Below, piece after piece: positions 19,138 to 29,223 of a DNA stretch of 45,559 bases. Within the stretch, counting starts at the first letter, position 1; each line of letters begins with the position of its first letter. The position numbers were made by a program, and so were the translations under genes. This stretch comes from Patescibacteria group bacterium. GTDB taxonomy: Bacteria; Patescibacteriota; Minisyncoccia; Minisyncoccales; JANBVM01. Location of the stretch: assembly GCA_024239015.1 (NCBI GenBank), contig JANBVM010000002.1, positions 8,204-53,762 of the forward strand. Reading direction: 5' to 3'. The notes beneath the pieces are model-generated. The model saw only the letters and a list, made by a program, of their open reading frames with translations. It ran no database searches and was not told the origin of the DNA.

Positions 19138-21798
19138 TTATTCTATATCACCTCTTAATTTATTTGGTAACTGGTCTCGATTTTCTTGAAAAAAATCCTT
19201 AAAACTTAATTCTCTCTTAGGTATATTCTCAATCCTATAATCCTCAGTTCTAAAGAGATATGAATCTGAACCCCTTTTTAGCATACAAATTCGCTCATCT
19301 AACCGAGAGATTAATTCTTGTTCTTTCAAGTCATTAGTGAAGTGTTGAGCACTCTTTAAGGATTGGTTAAATAGGAAAAACAAGCATGGAATATTAATAG
19401 CGGAGTCATATAGTCCCTCAGCGGTCTGGTCTGCTAAAAATAAACAAGTTCCTTTAGAACGGAACTCCCTGATGAACACGGAAAAGATTTTTCGGAATGA
19501 ATCCATGGCGATAAAATCATCATCATCAGGATTAACATTTTCGGGTTTCGATGTTAATTGATGTGCTTCATCTAAAACGATAATTCTTTTTAAATTTTCT
19601 TCCTCTCTGTCTGGAATTAATGTTCTAAACATCTGCAATATCAATGTTGATAATAAACGCTTTTCTGGAGCACTACATCCAGATAAATCCAACATGACTT
19701 TCTTACCATTAAATAACACATCTTTCACCCATAGAGGAATTTTATCCCTTACTCTTAAACCACTTATTATATCCGAATTGGTGAAGAGCGTAGTGAATCT
19801 ATGTTTAATGGCTTGAACTATTCTCATTTGAAGTCTTGCATCATAAGGATTCTTTTCTAAATATCGCAAAAGCTCACTGAATAAATGGTTAATATGATCT
19901 GGTACTCGTAATTTATTAGTATAAAAAGTTGTTAAAGTATTATTTAAGGCATTAACAACGACATTTTTTAAACCAACCGAATAAACCAGACATTCTGAAA
20001 TTTCGTTTAAACACCGTTGAAAGTTATCATTAAAAACAGCATAAGGAACTTGGAGTCTTTTATCCCCCCATTTTAAGCAATAATCGGAAGGGTATAATTT
20101 CTTTTGGGCCCCTTTAGCAAGGTTAATAATCAATACTCCAATTTTGGGGCTATGTTTCTTAATATGTCTCAGAATGTTTGCTATTAAGTAAGTTTTCCCC
20201 ATTTCAGGTTTTCCAACAAGTAATAGTGAACTCCTTAATGATTTAATTGGGATAATTGCTTTTTTTTCAGAGATTACACCATCTAATAGATGGTTTCCAA
20301 TAATAATTTCTGAAGAATCTCCCTTGGGAATCCTTCTTAAGTTAAAACTCTGAGTTTCGTAAATAAATCTTTTTTGGACGGGTAATTCTTTAGCAAGGTC
20401 AAAATCAAGCAAATATGATGTTAAAAATTGCCCAGAAAAAAAGTTTGATTTATAAAAATCAACAATAACGCCTTTGCGAACTTTTTTCAATTTTGCGGGC
20501 TTTTTCTCATTTCTCCCGGCTATTGCAATATTATCGATTATTCCTTCAATCATATTTTTTCTTGCTTTTTCTATGTGATTTAACTTAAAACTAACGAAAA
20601 TTCTGACTCGAAATAAATCATCTTGCCACAATCTTGAGAGCTGTGATCTCTCTTCCTCATCCCTATACTCTAATATTTCAGCTTCTTCTTTTATCTTAAC
20701 CATCCTTTTTCGATAGACTTTCTTCCAAACAACATATAGGTTTATATCTTCTGCTGTAGTTTTGAAAGCACTAATAAAACTCTGAATTACTTTGATTTTA
20801 TCCAAGAACGGCGGTTTTGGAAGCTTAATTTCATAAAAATTATTATGTTTTACATCATAAAGCTCATTTCGAGTTATCGGTTTTATTTCAATATCAACAT
20901 CTAACCCTCGATATTGTGTTTGTAGCTGTGCTTTAAGAGTTTGCCCCTTTCTGATCGCTAATTTCTCAGAGGGAGACTTTAACACGAATGAAAACTTAAA
21001 GTCATTGTGACATCGAATCTCTATTCCATAAGTATCATTTGTTCCTAGTAAATCCTTTATCCAAGTACCGTAATAATCGTAGTTAAACCTTTTATTTTCA
21101 ACATTATGCTCTAACGCTAATTGAATGATTGTGAGTTTTGTTTGCCAAAAAAGGATTTTTCTTGAACGAATATCCTTCGGTAATACACCAAAAATACTTA
21201 ATTGAAGACTATGGACATAAGATACCAATAATCGATAACAATATTCATAGGAAACAAGGTTTAGGATCGACATTAAGATAATTGAACAGACTGCGAGAGT
21301 TAAGAAATCATAAAGATATGCAGAATAAAATAGAATTGCAGTAATGATAAAAGATATCAAAATCCTAATAAACAGTTCAATATTCGGGTTAAAAATAACA
21401 AGAAAAGATATAAATAGTAGTATCATGGTAATAGAATTTAAAAAAAGCTCTCCACTGATACCTAAAACAGTTATATGTGAGAGTAAAGTGATAACCATCA
21501 ATGAATTACTGCTCACATTTCTCTTTCTCTTATAATTTCTCAGGTAAAAATCGCTAATTAAGAGAATTAATATCAAAATCCCTTCTAAATAGAAAAACAA
21601 TTTTATTTCTGGGTTACTATAATCTGAGATACGGTTTCCCATGATTGTGAAAATTATAATGAGTGTAAAAAATATTATCAGCGAAAAAGGGTTCTTTTTG
21701 TTATCCCTTGCTAATAAAGAGTTAGAAATTACAATAGATAGGATAATTACCATAGCATACCCGATTGTATTTAAGGAAAAGAGCGACATATCAGTCAA
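19138..21798 (-). CDS. Membrane-anchored HerA/FtsK/VirB4-VirD4-like ATPase (putative DNA translocase/coupling protein)
   Basis: About 6-7 N-terminal TM segments; Walker A GKPEMGKT; Walker B IIVLDEAHQ; EFRSKG..LADQ motif of the HerA/FtsK superfamily. Confidence 0.85.
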   Translation of the reverse strand: MTDMSLFSLNTIGYAMVIILSIVISNSLLARDNKKNPFSLIIFFTLIIIFTIMGNRISDYSNPEIKLFFYLEGILILILLISDFYLRNYKRKRNVSSNSLMVITLLSHITVLGISGELFLNSITMILLFISFLVIFNPNIELFIRILISFIITAILFYSAYLYDFLTLAVCSIILMSILNLVSYEYCYRLLVSYVHSLQLSIFGVLPKDIRSRKILFWQTKLTIIQLALEHNVENKRFNYDYYGTWIKDLLGTNDTYGIEIRCHNDFKFSFVLKSPSEKLAIRKGQTLKAQLQTQYRGLDVDIEIKPITRNELYDVKHNNFYEIKLPKPPFLDKIKVIQSFISAFKTTAEDINLYVVWKKVYRKRMVKIKEEAEILEYRDEEERSQLSRLWQDDLFRVRIFVSFKLNHIEKARKNMIEGIIDNIAIAGRNEKKPAKLKKVRKGVIVDFYKSNFFSGQFLTSYLLDFDLAKELPVQKRFIYETQSFNLRRIPKGDSSEIIIGNHLLDGVISEKKAIIPIKSLRSSLLLVGKPEMGKTYLIANILRHIKKHSPKIGVLIINLAKGAQKKLYPSDYCLKWGDKRLQVPYAVFNDNFQRCLNEISECLVYSVGLKNVVVNALNNTLTTFYTNKLRVPDHINHLFSELLRYLEKNPYDARLQMRIVQAIKHRFTTLFTNSDIISGLRVRDKIPLWVKDVLFNGKKVMLDLSGCSAPEKRLLSTLILQMFRTLIPDREEENLKRIIVLDEAHQLTSKPENVNPDDDDFIAMDSFRKIFSVFIREFRSKGTCLFLADQTAEGLYDSAINIPCLFFLFNQSLKSAQHFTNDLKEQELISRLDERICMLKRGSDSYLFRTEDYRIENIPKRELSFKDFFQENRDQLPNKLRGDIE

Positions 21799-22326
21799 TC
21801 ATCATAATATTATATCATTTATTTATCATCTAATTATAAAAACGAGTCGGAAAAATGCCTTAAGAACGACTTAAGGTATCAATAAATCAATATTTTATAA
21901 TGTTAGCAAAATAAATAAGGTCCACCCCCATTAATACTATATAATTGTTCTTGAAATGTGCAAACAGCAACCCAGAAAAGACGCATTTGTTCTTTTACAT
22001 TCTCTATATACTTAATTTCTGATAATATCATGATTCAGCTGATAAAACAATTTTTTGATATCATTTTTTAAAGATAATTAATAGTAAAATTCAATTCCTT
22101 AGAGTTTAATCAACTTTTTATTGACATAAAATAGGAACTGATTATGTAGCAAACAACTTATTAATGACATTCTTATCAAAAACAATTATTTAATATCATT
22201 CTTTTCCATTTTTTAACAGCTGCAATTCCTCGAGTGAAAAAATATCTCGAGATAAAAATTAAATGAATTTATATTGTCAAATTTTCATTTTAAATTTAAC
22301 CTTGAATAAAAAACTATTTAATACTC

Positions 22327-23460
22327 ATGACAAATGAGGATTTAGATACATTTTTGGATTTTAATATCTATTCAAATCATATTAAATCAAACAGGAAGAA
22401 AAATCTATTACACTCCATAGCAGAACGAAATCTACAAATCATTTTAAAGGATGTTTGTCCAGAATATCATCCCGTGAATGAAAGCAATGTTAATGGAGGA
22501 AGAGTTGACTTAATCTACTATTTTGACTCAATCGGGCATTCAATTCACTTTGAAATCTTTACCTCTTATTCTACAGTAATAAAGGACTTGAGATTATTAG
22601 AGCAATCAGAGTTCGATATTCGAGTAGCAATTCTAATTGATGACGAGATAGATCCATCCATTTCCAAGAAGTATTTTAGAGAGAAGCCGATTAATCCTTT
22701 TCCATTCTTTAATTTGAACCAAATCTTTATGGATAATAAAATCGAAACTTTTAAGCGAGAAATTAGCAATTTAATCAAGACTTTTAAGCTCAGTATGAAA
22801 TCTGAAGTGGTAGGATCGGATTTAATGCCGACTAGATTGGTTAAAAGTTTTCGCGTGTTTAGCCCATCCAAAAAAGATTTATTAGATTTAGATGATATCA
22901 ATTATTCTATCGCTAAGTTAAATAAGGGTGCTGTCTCACCTAAAGCAGAAGAACGGATTTTAAAGGATATTTCTAATAATCTATCAGACATCGCCTATAT
23001 CGAAACATTGAAAGAAGATAGTAAAATAACCCTAAATAATCTTTTAGAATTTTTGTTAGATTATTTGCAAGGTAAGGGAGAAACTACATTAATCGGTGTT
23101 TTAGAAATTCTGACGTGGTTATGCAGATCTGAAATGTTAAACGAAGCCAAATCCATATATCATAATTTTATAAAAACCTTATTTGATGAGAATAAACGCT
23201 ATTATGAGTTATTAGAGATTTTATTTTGGTTTGGCCATTTTGAGGATCGAGTTCACTGGCTCTCAATGGCAATAGACGAAAAAGACCTTAATTTTATAAA
23301 TATCTTAACAGGGGATTTAGGGTCGCCAAACTTTCGTGAACAAAAATTAAAGATCAGGGATATGCTGTATGAAAGGTTAGATATTTATGAGCTTGATAGC
23401 GACAGTCTGGAGATTGTTCAAAAAATTAACTTTCTCCTTGAAGGGCTAAGGAATATTTAA
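22327..23460 (+). CDS. PD-(D/E)xK restriction-endonuclease-like domain protein
   Basis: ESNVNGGRVDL...IHFEI N-terminal pattern; helical C-terminus. Confidence 0.5.
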   Translation: MTNEDLDTFLDFNIYSNHIKSNRKKNLLHSIAERNLQIILKDVCPEYHPVNESNVNGGRVDLIYYFDSIGHSIHFEIFTSYSTVIKDLRLLEQSEFDIRVAILIDDEIDPSISKKYFREKPINPFPFFNLNQIFMDNKIETFKREISNLIKTFKLSMKSEVVGSDLMPTRLVKSFRVFSPSKKDLLDLDDINYSIAKLNKGAVSPKAEERILKDISNNLSDIAYIETLKEDSKITLNNLLEFLLDYLQGKGETTLIGVLEILTWLCRSEMLNEAKSIYHNFIKTLFDENKRYYELLEILFWFGHFEDRVHWLSMAIDEKDLNFINILTGDLGSPNFREQKLKIRDMLYERLDIYELDSDSLEIVQKINFLLEGLRNI

Positions 23461-23502
23461 AAAACTAAATGAAAAAACTAAAACAGAAAGGACACACGAT
23501 AG

Positions 23503-24909
23503 ATGAGTGAAGGAAATAACGAAACGATAGATCATGAGGAAATTAAGATTTTTCAGAAATTCATTCATTTTTCGCAATTGTTAGATCCAAAGATAGAAAC
23601 TATTTCTTTATCAGAAAGTAAATATATTGCTAAAATTTATTTCAAAGAATCTAGGAAACTCTGTTTCTCCTATGAATATGAGGGTAGAGAGGAAAAAAAA
23701 ATCTGGATTTATCGAAATATAAAAATTGAGGAAGAGAATGACACTCTTATGAGAAAACTTTACTTGCTTGAGCTCTTTTTTACAATTCCTTTGAGATTCG
23801 ATATTCGAACTATCAAAATACAAAATTTTCCAATTAATAAAAATGATATGATGGAATATTTGGATGAATATAATAAATCATATCAAAAAAGATTAGTCCC
23901 TCAAAAAGAAATATTTTCATCTGATAATAAGTCTCTCCAGTCGGGCGTTTATCAAATTACAATTGTCAGAAAAAATCATTATATACCTCAAGGATATTTA
24001 AGGAAGTTCGAATGTGAAAGTAAGCCTGGCTATATATATAATTTTAAATTAATTGAAGCAAAATTCGAAGAGTCTTCTGGAGTTGATCCCGTGAAAATTG
24101 AAAATATCTTACATATCAAACATTTCTATTCTTTAGGTATGGAATTAATACTAAAAAACATAGAGGATGCTTTTTACACTATTAGGAATAAAATTATATC
24201 GGATAATAGTCTTAAAAGGATTGTTTATGAAGAAAAAATATCCATTGTGAGATATATATTTGCACAATACCTTAGAACTCCTCTAGAAAGAAATAGATTT
24301 GTCAATCAAGCAAGAATTATGTTAGAAAGCCTCTATTCTAACCGAGTTAATCAAAAAATCAATAAAGATGAGATTTATATTGAATTTAATGACTTATATA
24401 TTCGGTTAATGCTTGAAGGTGGAATATATCAATTTTTATTTCCCTCACCAAAAGAGACACGACAAGTAGAACTAATTAACTTTTACTTAAAGAATAAATG
24501 GAAATTGATATCAGCTGGAAATATGAAGTTTAACACTTCTGATAATCCGATTATTATGCATAACGATTGTTATGAGCCGATTATTGATCAAGATTATATT
24601 GACACTCTAAAAACCCCCAATTCCAAAATCTTTGGAACAAAAAGACCACATGGTTTAATGGAACCCGGTATTCAGTTATATTTTCCAATCACACCCAAGC
24701 TCTGTATTCTCATTTATAATCCACAATTTGGCCAAAGATTATTAAAACCCGTTGAAATAAATGAGCAGGGTCTAATCCAATGTTATCAAAATATATTATC
24801 ATCCAATAATAAGATCAGAAACTTTTTGAAGAGAAAATTAAATCAAAAGAGAAAAAAAAGAGAAAAATTTGTTGAACTCCATTTAAATGTTAAAATTGAA
24901 GAATTTTAA
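23503..24909 (+). CDS. DUF4238-family protein
   Basis: NHYIPQGYLRKF, AQYLRTP, FNTSDNP and YFPITPKLCI motifs. Confidence 0.8.
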   Translation: MSEGNNETIDHEEIKIFQKFIHFSQLLDPKIETISLSESKYIAKIYFKESRKLCFSYEYEGREEKKIWIYRNIKIEEENDTLMRKLYLLELFFTIPLRFDIRTIKIQNFPINKNDMMEYLDEYNKSYQKRLVPQKEIFSSDNKSLQSGVYQITIVRKNHYIPQGYLRKFECESKPGYIYNFKLIEAKFEESSGVDPVKIENILHIKHFYSLGMELILKNIEDAFYTIRNKIISDNSLKRIVYEEKISIVRYIFAQYLRTPLERNRFVNQARIMLESLYSNRVNQKINKDEIYIEFNDLYIRLMLEGGIYQFLFPSPKETRQVELINFYLKNKWKLISAGNMKFNTSDNPIIMHNDCYEPIIDQDYIDTLKTPNSKIFGTKRPHGLMEPGIQLYFPITPKLCILIYNPQFGQRLLKPVEINEQGLIQCYQNILSSNNKIRNFLKRKLNQKRKKREKFVELHLNVKIEEF

Positions 24910-25052
24910 ATATTTATAGAATTGTTTTTTGATTTCCTATTTATCTCTAAATTCATATTCTAGTAGAGAATTGAAAAAAAAATTCAAAGTTGCGAAAAAA
25001 AGTACAAAAAGTTGTAAAAAAAGTTCAGTAGCTACTTATTATCAGCTCCTCA

Positions 25053-26090
25053 CTACTCTTTATAAAAAATTGGTTTTAATAGATTAACATAATGGTCTCT
25101 AATCGAATATTCGGCAATTTTCGTGGCCTCAGATATGACGGATTGGGTTAGAACTGCTTTTGTTCCAAATTCTTTAGCTACTAATTTATCGGCTAAATAT
25201 ATTGTAGCACCCGCCAATATAAATGGATGCCTTCCCCCTCTTTGCCATTGTGTTAAATTTTTTAAAACAATTCTGCAAGTCTTAGTCAGTTTACATAAAT
25301 ATTCTTGTTTTGTCCAAAGGGATTTTTTCTTTTTCAGTCTCTCTTCTATGCACTTATGGTTGATTACCTCACTTAATAGTCTGGTAAGGTAATCTTCACT
25401 TTTATGATGGGCAGTTTCCTTATGTATAAGATGTCTATATCGCATTCCATCTCTAAGAATTAATCGAGGGTTGACTCTATGACCTAATTCCTGAAAAGTC
25501 TTTGAAAGCTCACGAATCGTGATCGGTGCGTTATGATATTCCTTCCTTATAGCATAAAAGATGCTAAAAGCAATTAGAGAAATATTATTTATAATTTTTT
25601 CTCCACTATTAATTATTTTTTGAAAATAATAAGCACTATTATTCCGGATATTACTATTTAGATTTAGAGCAAGAGCAACCTTATTGAGAATATTAAAAAC
25701 TCTGTATTCTGTTTCTCTCCCCTTTATTCTTGATAACTGGTCGTAATTTTTCTTTAATCTTCTAAAGAGTTTTTGCCCATTTGGGCGTAAAAGCTTCCCA
25801 CATTTATCTTTTATATATTTTGTGTTTTCATAGTCCATAAATGTACCTAATCCCCCCACGAAATCAGGCCGCTTACCTAATGCAACAAATTGCTTAGACA
25901 AACCATCTTTTATTTCTGAATTGTTGTGAATGAAGGAAGATTTTTTATATGTAGGGTTAATAACTAACCCACAATCCCTACAAATCAATTCAAACCCATT
26001 ATTCCATATTTTTCCTTTACATTCAGGGCATAAACCATCATCTTCTTTACCTTCAATTTCAATATTAATTACAGTTATGATTATTTTCAC
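25053..26090 (-). CDS. tfb: Divergent transcription initiation factor IIB (TFB)
   Basis: Zn ribbon CPEC...CRDCGLV; two cyclin-like repeats; GRHPFILAGATIYLA and TQSVISEATKIAEYSIRDHY HTH. Confidence 0.85.
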   Translation of the reverse strand: MKIIITVINIEIEGKEDDGLCPECKGKIWNNGFELICRDCGLVINPTYKKSSFIHNNSEIKDGLSKQFVALGKRPDFVGGLGTFMDYENTKYIKDKCGKLLRPNGQKLFRRLKKNYDQLSRIKGRETEYRVFNILNKVALALNLNSNIRNNSAYYFQKIINSGEKIINNISLIAFSIFYAIRKEYHNAPITIRELSKTFQELGHRVNPRLILRDGMRYRHLIHKETAHHKSEDYLTRLLSEVINHKCIEERLKKKKSLWTKQEYLCKLTKTCRIVLKNLTQWQRGGRHPFILAGATIYLADKLVAKEFGTKAVLTQSVISEATKIAEYSIRDHYVNLLKPIFYKE

Positions 26091-26221
26091 CTATCTGAGA
26101 TATAATTATATGATGTTTGTATGATATTCATTATAGTATCATATTATAAAAAAAATATATAAAGATAACCAAATTAGAGAAGGAGAGACCTAATTAGAAG
26201 TAAAAAAAGGAAGAAATAAAA

Positions 26222-26383
26222 TTAGTGCGGGGCTTTATTCTTATTCACAGTTTCTTCTTTCAATTTCTCAATTGAATTTAAAATTTTTTTATAATATTGC
26301 TCATAGGTAGAATCATCAGGAAAAATTTCAATGAGTTTTTTATATCGGGATTTTAATAACTTCAAGTCTCCTAAAATATTCAT
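26222..26383 (-). CDS. 53-aa hypothetical protein (not in ORF track), paralog of 34946..35221 N-terminus
   Basis: MNILGDLKLLKSRYKKLIEIFPDDSTYEQYYKKILNSIEKLKEETVNKNKAPH; shares RYxxLxxxFPxDxxY. Confidence 0.6.
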   Translation of the reverse strand: MNILGDLKLLKSRYKKLIEIFPDDSTYEQYYKKILNSIEKLKEETVNKNKAPH

Positions 26384-26711
26384 GATGTAGTTTACATCTC
26401 CCCAACATTAAATTTAGTGTAGGAGTACACCAAAAGATAAAAATCCAATGTGATTAAAGAATAATAAACTCCTGTATTGTTTATCAGGGGGTGATTATAA
26501 CAATGAAAAAGTATGAGAAATGTTCTCTTATTTCTCCTGTAATTTTGGGATTTGTGAAACACCATCAAATTTCTATTTTTCATATCTTTTTACCCCCATT
26601 CGGACACAATTTTTATGCTGATAATATGATATGTATATGAAAATCTCCCTCCTAATTTTCGTCTAATGTGCCTTCATTTTTAATATTGTTGTATTTAAAA
26701 TGAACCCCAAT

Positions 26712-26996
26712 TTATATTTCCAATTGTCTAAGCTTCCGACTCATTAATTTTCTATTTAATATTCTCTGAAATTCATTCTGAGAATGTTCTAATTTAGCAA
26801 AAAACTCATCAAGCTTATTAAAATTGTTAAAGAAATTTGTCTCCCCATTAACAGTTATGTCAACCCCCTTGGGGTCAAATTTAATCTTCGCATAAATCCC
26901 CCCATTATGTGGGTCGTGTCGGATAAAAGTGAGATAATCTGCTTTCTTTTTAGCCCAAAATTGTTTTTTTAACAAATAATTTCGATACATACTCAA
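26712..26996 (-). CDS. Hypothetical protein
   Basis: 94-aa ORF with GAGGGT upstream. Confidence 0.5.
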   Translation of the reverse strand: MSMYRNYLLKKQFWAKKKADYLTFIRHDPHNGGIYAKIKFDPKGVDITVNGETNFFNNFNKLDEFFAKLEHSQNEFQRILNRKLMSRKLRQLEI

Positions 26997-27231
26997 AATT
27001 TTTACCCTCTTTTTTTATTTACTTAAATTTTCTTTTTTAACTGGGTTTAATGTTGAAGGTTAAAAGTACTTCCCCCGAAACGCATATTGAAATACTATAA
27101 AAGCCAATAGCTTTGTTTATAGAATCCAAGTAAAAGAATTTGCTTTAAGAATTTATATACCATTTCAACAAACAATTCCTCAGCGAATTTCATGAAGCCA
27201 TTTAACATTCTTTATTAAATCTTTAATGATG

Positions 27232-27543
27232 TTAATAATCCGATATACTTTCGGATAAACTTTCCCAAATTCCTAAAAATTTTTTAAAACTTCGTGCTTT
27301 TAGATTTTCGATTTTGAAACGGTAAATCTTAATCCTTCCAAAAACCTTTAAGTGAATTAAATCCCTTTCTACTAAGAAATCTAAATGTTTTTTGGCATTC
27401 GTATAATTTAGTTTTAATAGTTCAATGACTTGAGAAATACTTAACTCCTCATTTATAGCCAAGAATTTTAGAATTTTGACTCTTGCTCTCGAACCAAATA
27501 CATCTTCAAATGGAGTTTTAACGATCGTTTGAGCTGTTGTCAT
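27232..27543 (-). CDS. ArsR-like winged-helix protein coupled to cdc6
   Basis: FGSRARVKILKFLA..EELSIS...HLDFL...FGRIKIYRF; ATGA overlap with the cdc6 stop. Confidence 0.85.
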   Translation of the reverse strand: MTTAQTIVKTPFEDVFGSRARVKILKFLAINEELSISQVIELLKLNYTNAKKHLDFLVERDLIHLKVFGRIKIYRFKIENLKARSFKKFLGIWESLSESISDY

Positions 27544-28796
27544 ACAATTATACCCTTTGATTGTAGTGCTTTTGAAATATTTTGACTAAACTTCTTTAAA
27601 TTAATAATTTCAGGGAATTGTAAGAACGATTTTCTTCCCTTTAAGCCACCACCCTCCAATTTTGCATCAATAATTTCGTCTTTTTTCCATTCTTGAACAT
27701 AATTCCATAATTGTGAATAACTTCTGGGTGAAATCCCTGATGTTCGACAGATATTATTATACTCATTTACGACTTCATGCAGAGAAATTTCCGATTTGTC
27801 TACTTGATTCTTTAATTTGTCTACTATAGCAAATAAAAAGAGTAATTTGTGTTCTGTCATATGTTTAATCATTTCTCGTATTGAATAGGGAACTAATTCT
27901 TGGTAGGCTCGATGAACACATTTAAGAGTTACAATATTCAAGTTATTTTTTTCAGCTATTTTTGAAGAACTCCATAATAAATTCAATCCACATCTTATAT
28001 CACCGCTTTTAACCACAATACTCGCAATATAGTTTATAATCTCATCGCTAACGGTGTTCTGATTGAAACTAATAGAGACTCTATGCTTTAAAATGTCAAA
28101 AACTTGTTCTTGTGTATACGGCTTAAATATAATTGCATTTTGTTGAAAGTAATGCCTTATATCTCTAAAAAATTTACTTAAAAAAGAGATATTTCGTTCA
28201 AATTTTACATTGTAAGAAAGAATCCCAATAATGTTTAATCTTTTATGCACATTATTAGTATCATCATTAATCCGAACCAGTGAATAAAGTAATCCCGCTT
28301 CACCATCTAACAAGGAGTCAAATTCATCTAAGACCAACAGTAGATAAATATCCTCTTTTTCGAGAAATTCAGTAAGAAAATCCATTAAATCTTGTGGCGA
28401 ATAACCTCTTTTTGGAATACGAGGGCTAAGAGTTTGGTTGATTTTCACTAAAACTTTGTATTCGGTTCTCTCCTTTCGGCAGTTAATATGAACATACTTT
28501 AAGTTAATACCCCTTTTTAAAGCTGTTTTCTCTAGACTACGACTAAAGAATTTGGCTGTTGCTGTTTTCCCTACACCTCGGTCTCCCAATAATATTTGGT
28601 TTACCGCTCTTACACCTGTATTGGTAATGAGTGAGGAGTAATAAGTCATTAATTCTTCTATTTCATTATCCCGATGTAATATTCTTGTAGGAAAATCAAC
28701 ACTAAGAAATTTCTCTTCTTTAAGTAAAGGTTTTCTTTTTAGAACATTATGAAAAAGTTCTTCAAACACACACCCCTTATAGATATCCTTTCCCAA
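27540..28796 (-). CDS. cdc6: Orc1/Cdc6 AAA+ initiator-family protein (Orc1-2/ORC2-like)
   Basis: LHRDNEI, Walker A GDRGVGKT, INCR, Walker B VLDEFD, FKPYT, GDIR sensor II, C-terminal winged helix PRSYSQLWNY...IDAK...GLKGR. Confidence 0.93.
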   Translation of the reverse strand: MGKDIYKGCVFEELFHNVLKRKPLLKEEKFLSVDFPTRILHRDNEIEELMTYYSSLITNTGVRAVNQILLGDRGVGKTATAKFFSRSLEKTALKRGINLKYVHINCRKERTEYKVLVKINQTLSPRIPKRGYSPQDLMDFLTEFLEKEDIYLLLVLDEFDSLLDGEAGLLYSLVRINDDTNNVHKRLNIIGILSYNVKFERNISFLSKFFRDIRHYFQQNAIIFKPYTQEQVFDILKHRVSISFNQNTVSDEIINYIASIVVKSGDIRCGLNLLWSSSKIAEKNNLNIVTLKCVHRAYQELVPYSIREMIKHMTEHKLLFLFAIVDKLKNQVDKSEISLHEVVNEYNNICRTSGISPRSYSQLWNYVQEWKKDEIIDAKLEGGGLKGRKSFLQFPEIINLKKFSQNISKALQSKGIIV

Positions 28797-29078
28797 ATAA
28801 TTCTCCTCTGAAAATCAATAATTTAAAATTAAAAAATAATTTTACTTAACGATAATGTATATGAAGGGGCTAAAAACCCCCCCCATATTACCTTTGCTTG
28901 ACTCAGATGAACTATCTTGTTTCTCATTCTCACCAAAAACCAAAAACCGAGTACATTTATACATTTCAAAATAGCTACCCAAATCAACTTTTACAAGATC
29001 ATATAGTTAAGAAAACTTAATGAAAAATTTTATACAATAATATAGATATAAGAAAAAGTATATAAATATTTTGAAATC

Positions 29079-29127
29079 TTTTATCGTTTTTTATCGGGTA
29101 TTATCTAAATAATATGTATTTTTATCG
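29079..29127. repeat. Phased TTTTATCG direct repeats between cdc6 and the AbrB-like gene
   Basis: ttttatcg at 29079, 29089 and 29120; tattatct at 29099. Confidence 0.55.
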
Positions 29128-29223
29128 TGAAAAACAGTGTTTTGGGATTAAAATTCATGAATAACTTATTAATAGGATATGGTATTTAATATATTAGTAA
29201 TGAAATATTGAGGAATCATATAG

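Noticed and set aside
28797..29223. Canonical ORB-containing oriC
   Set aside because: No TCCA..GAAAC-type ORB core recognised; only G-strings and short repeats, reported as a hypothesis
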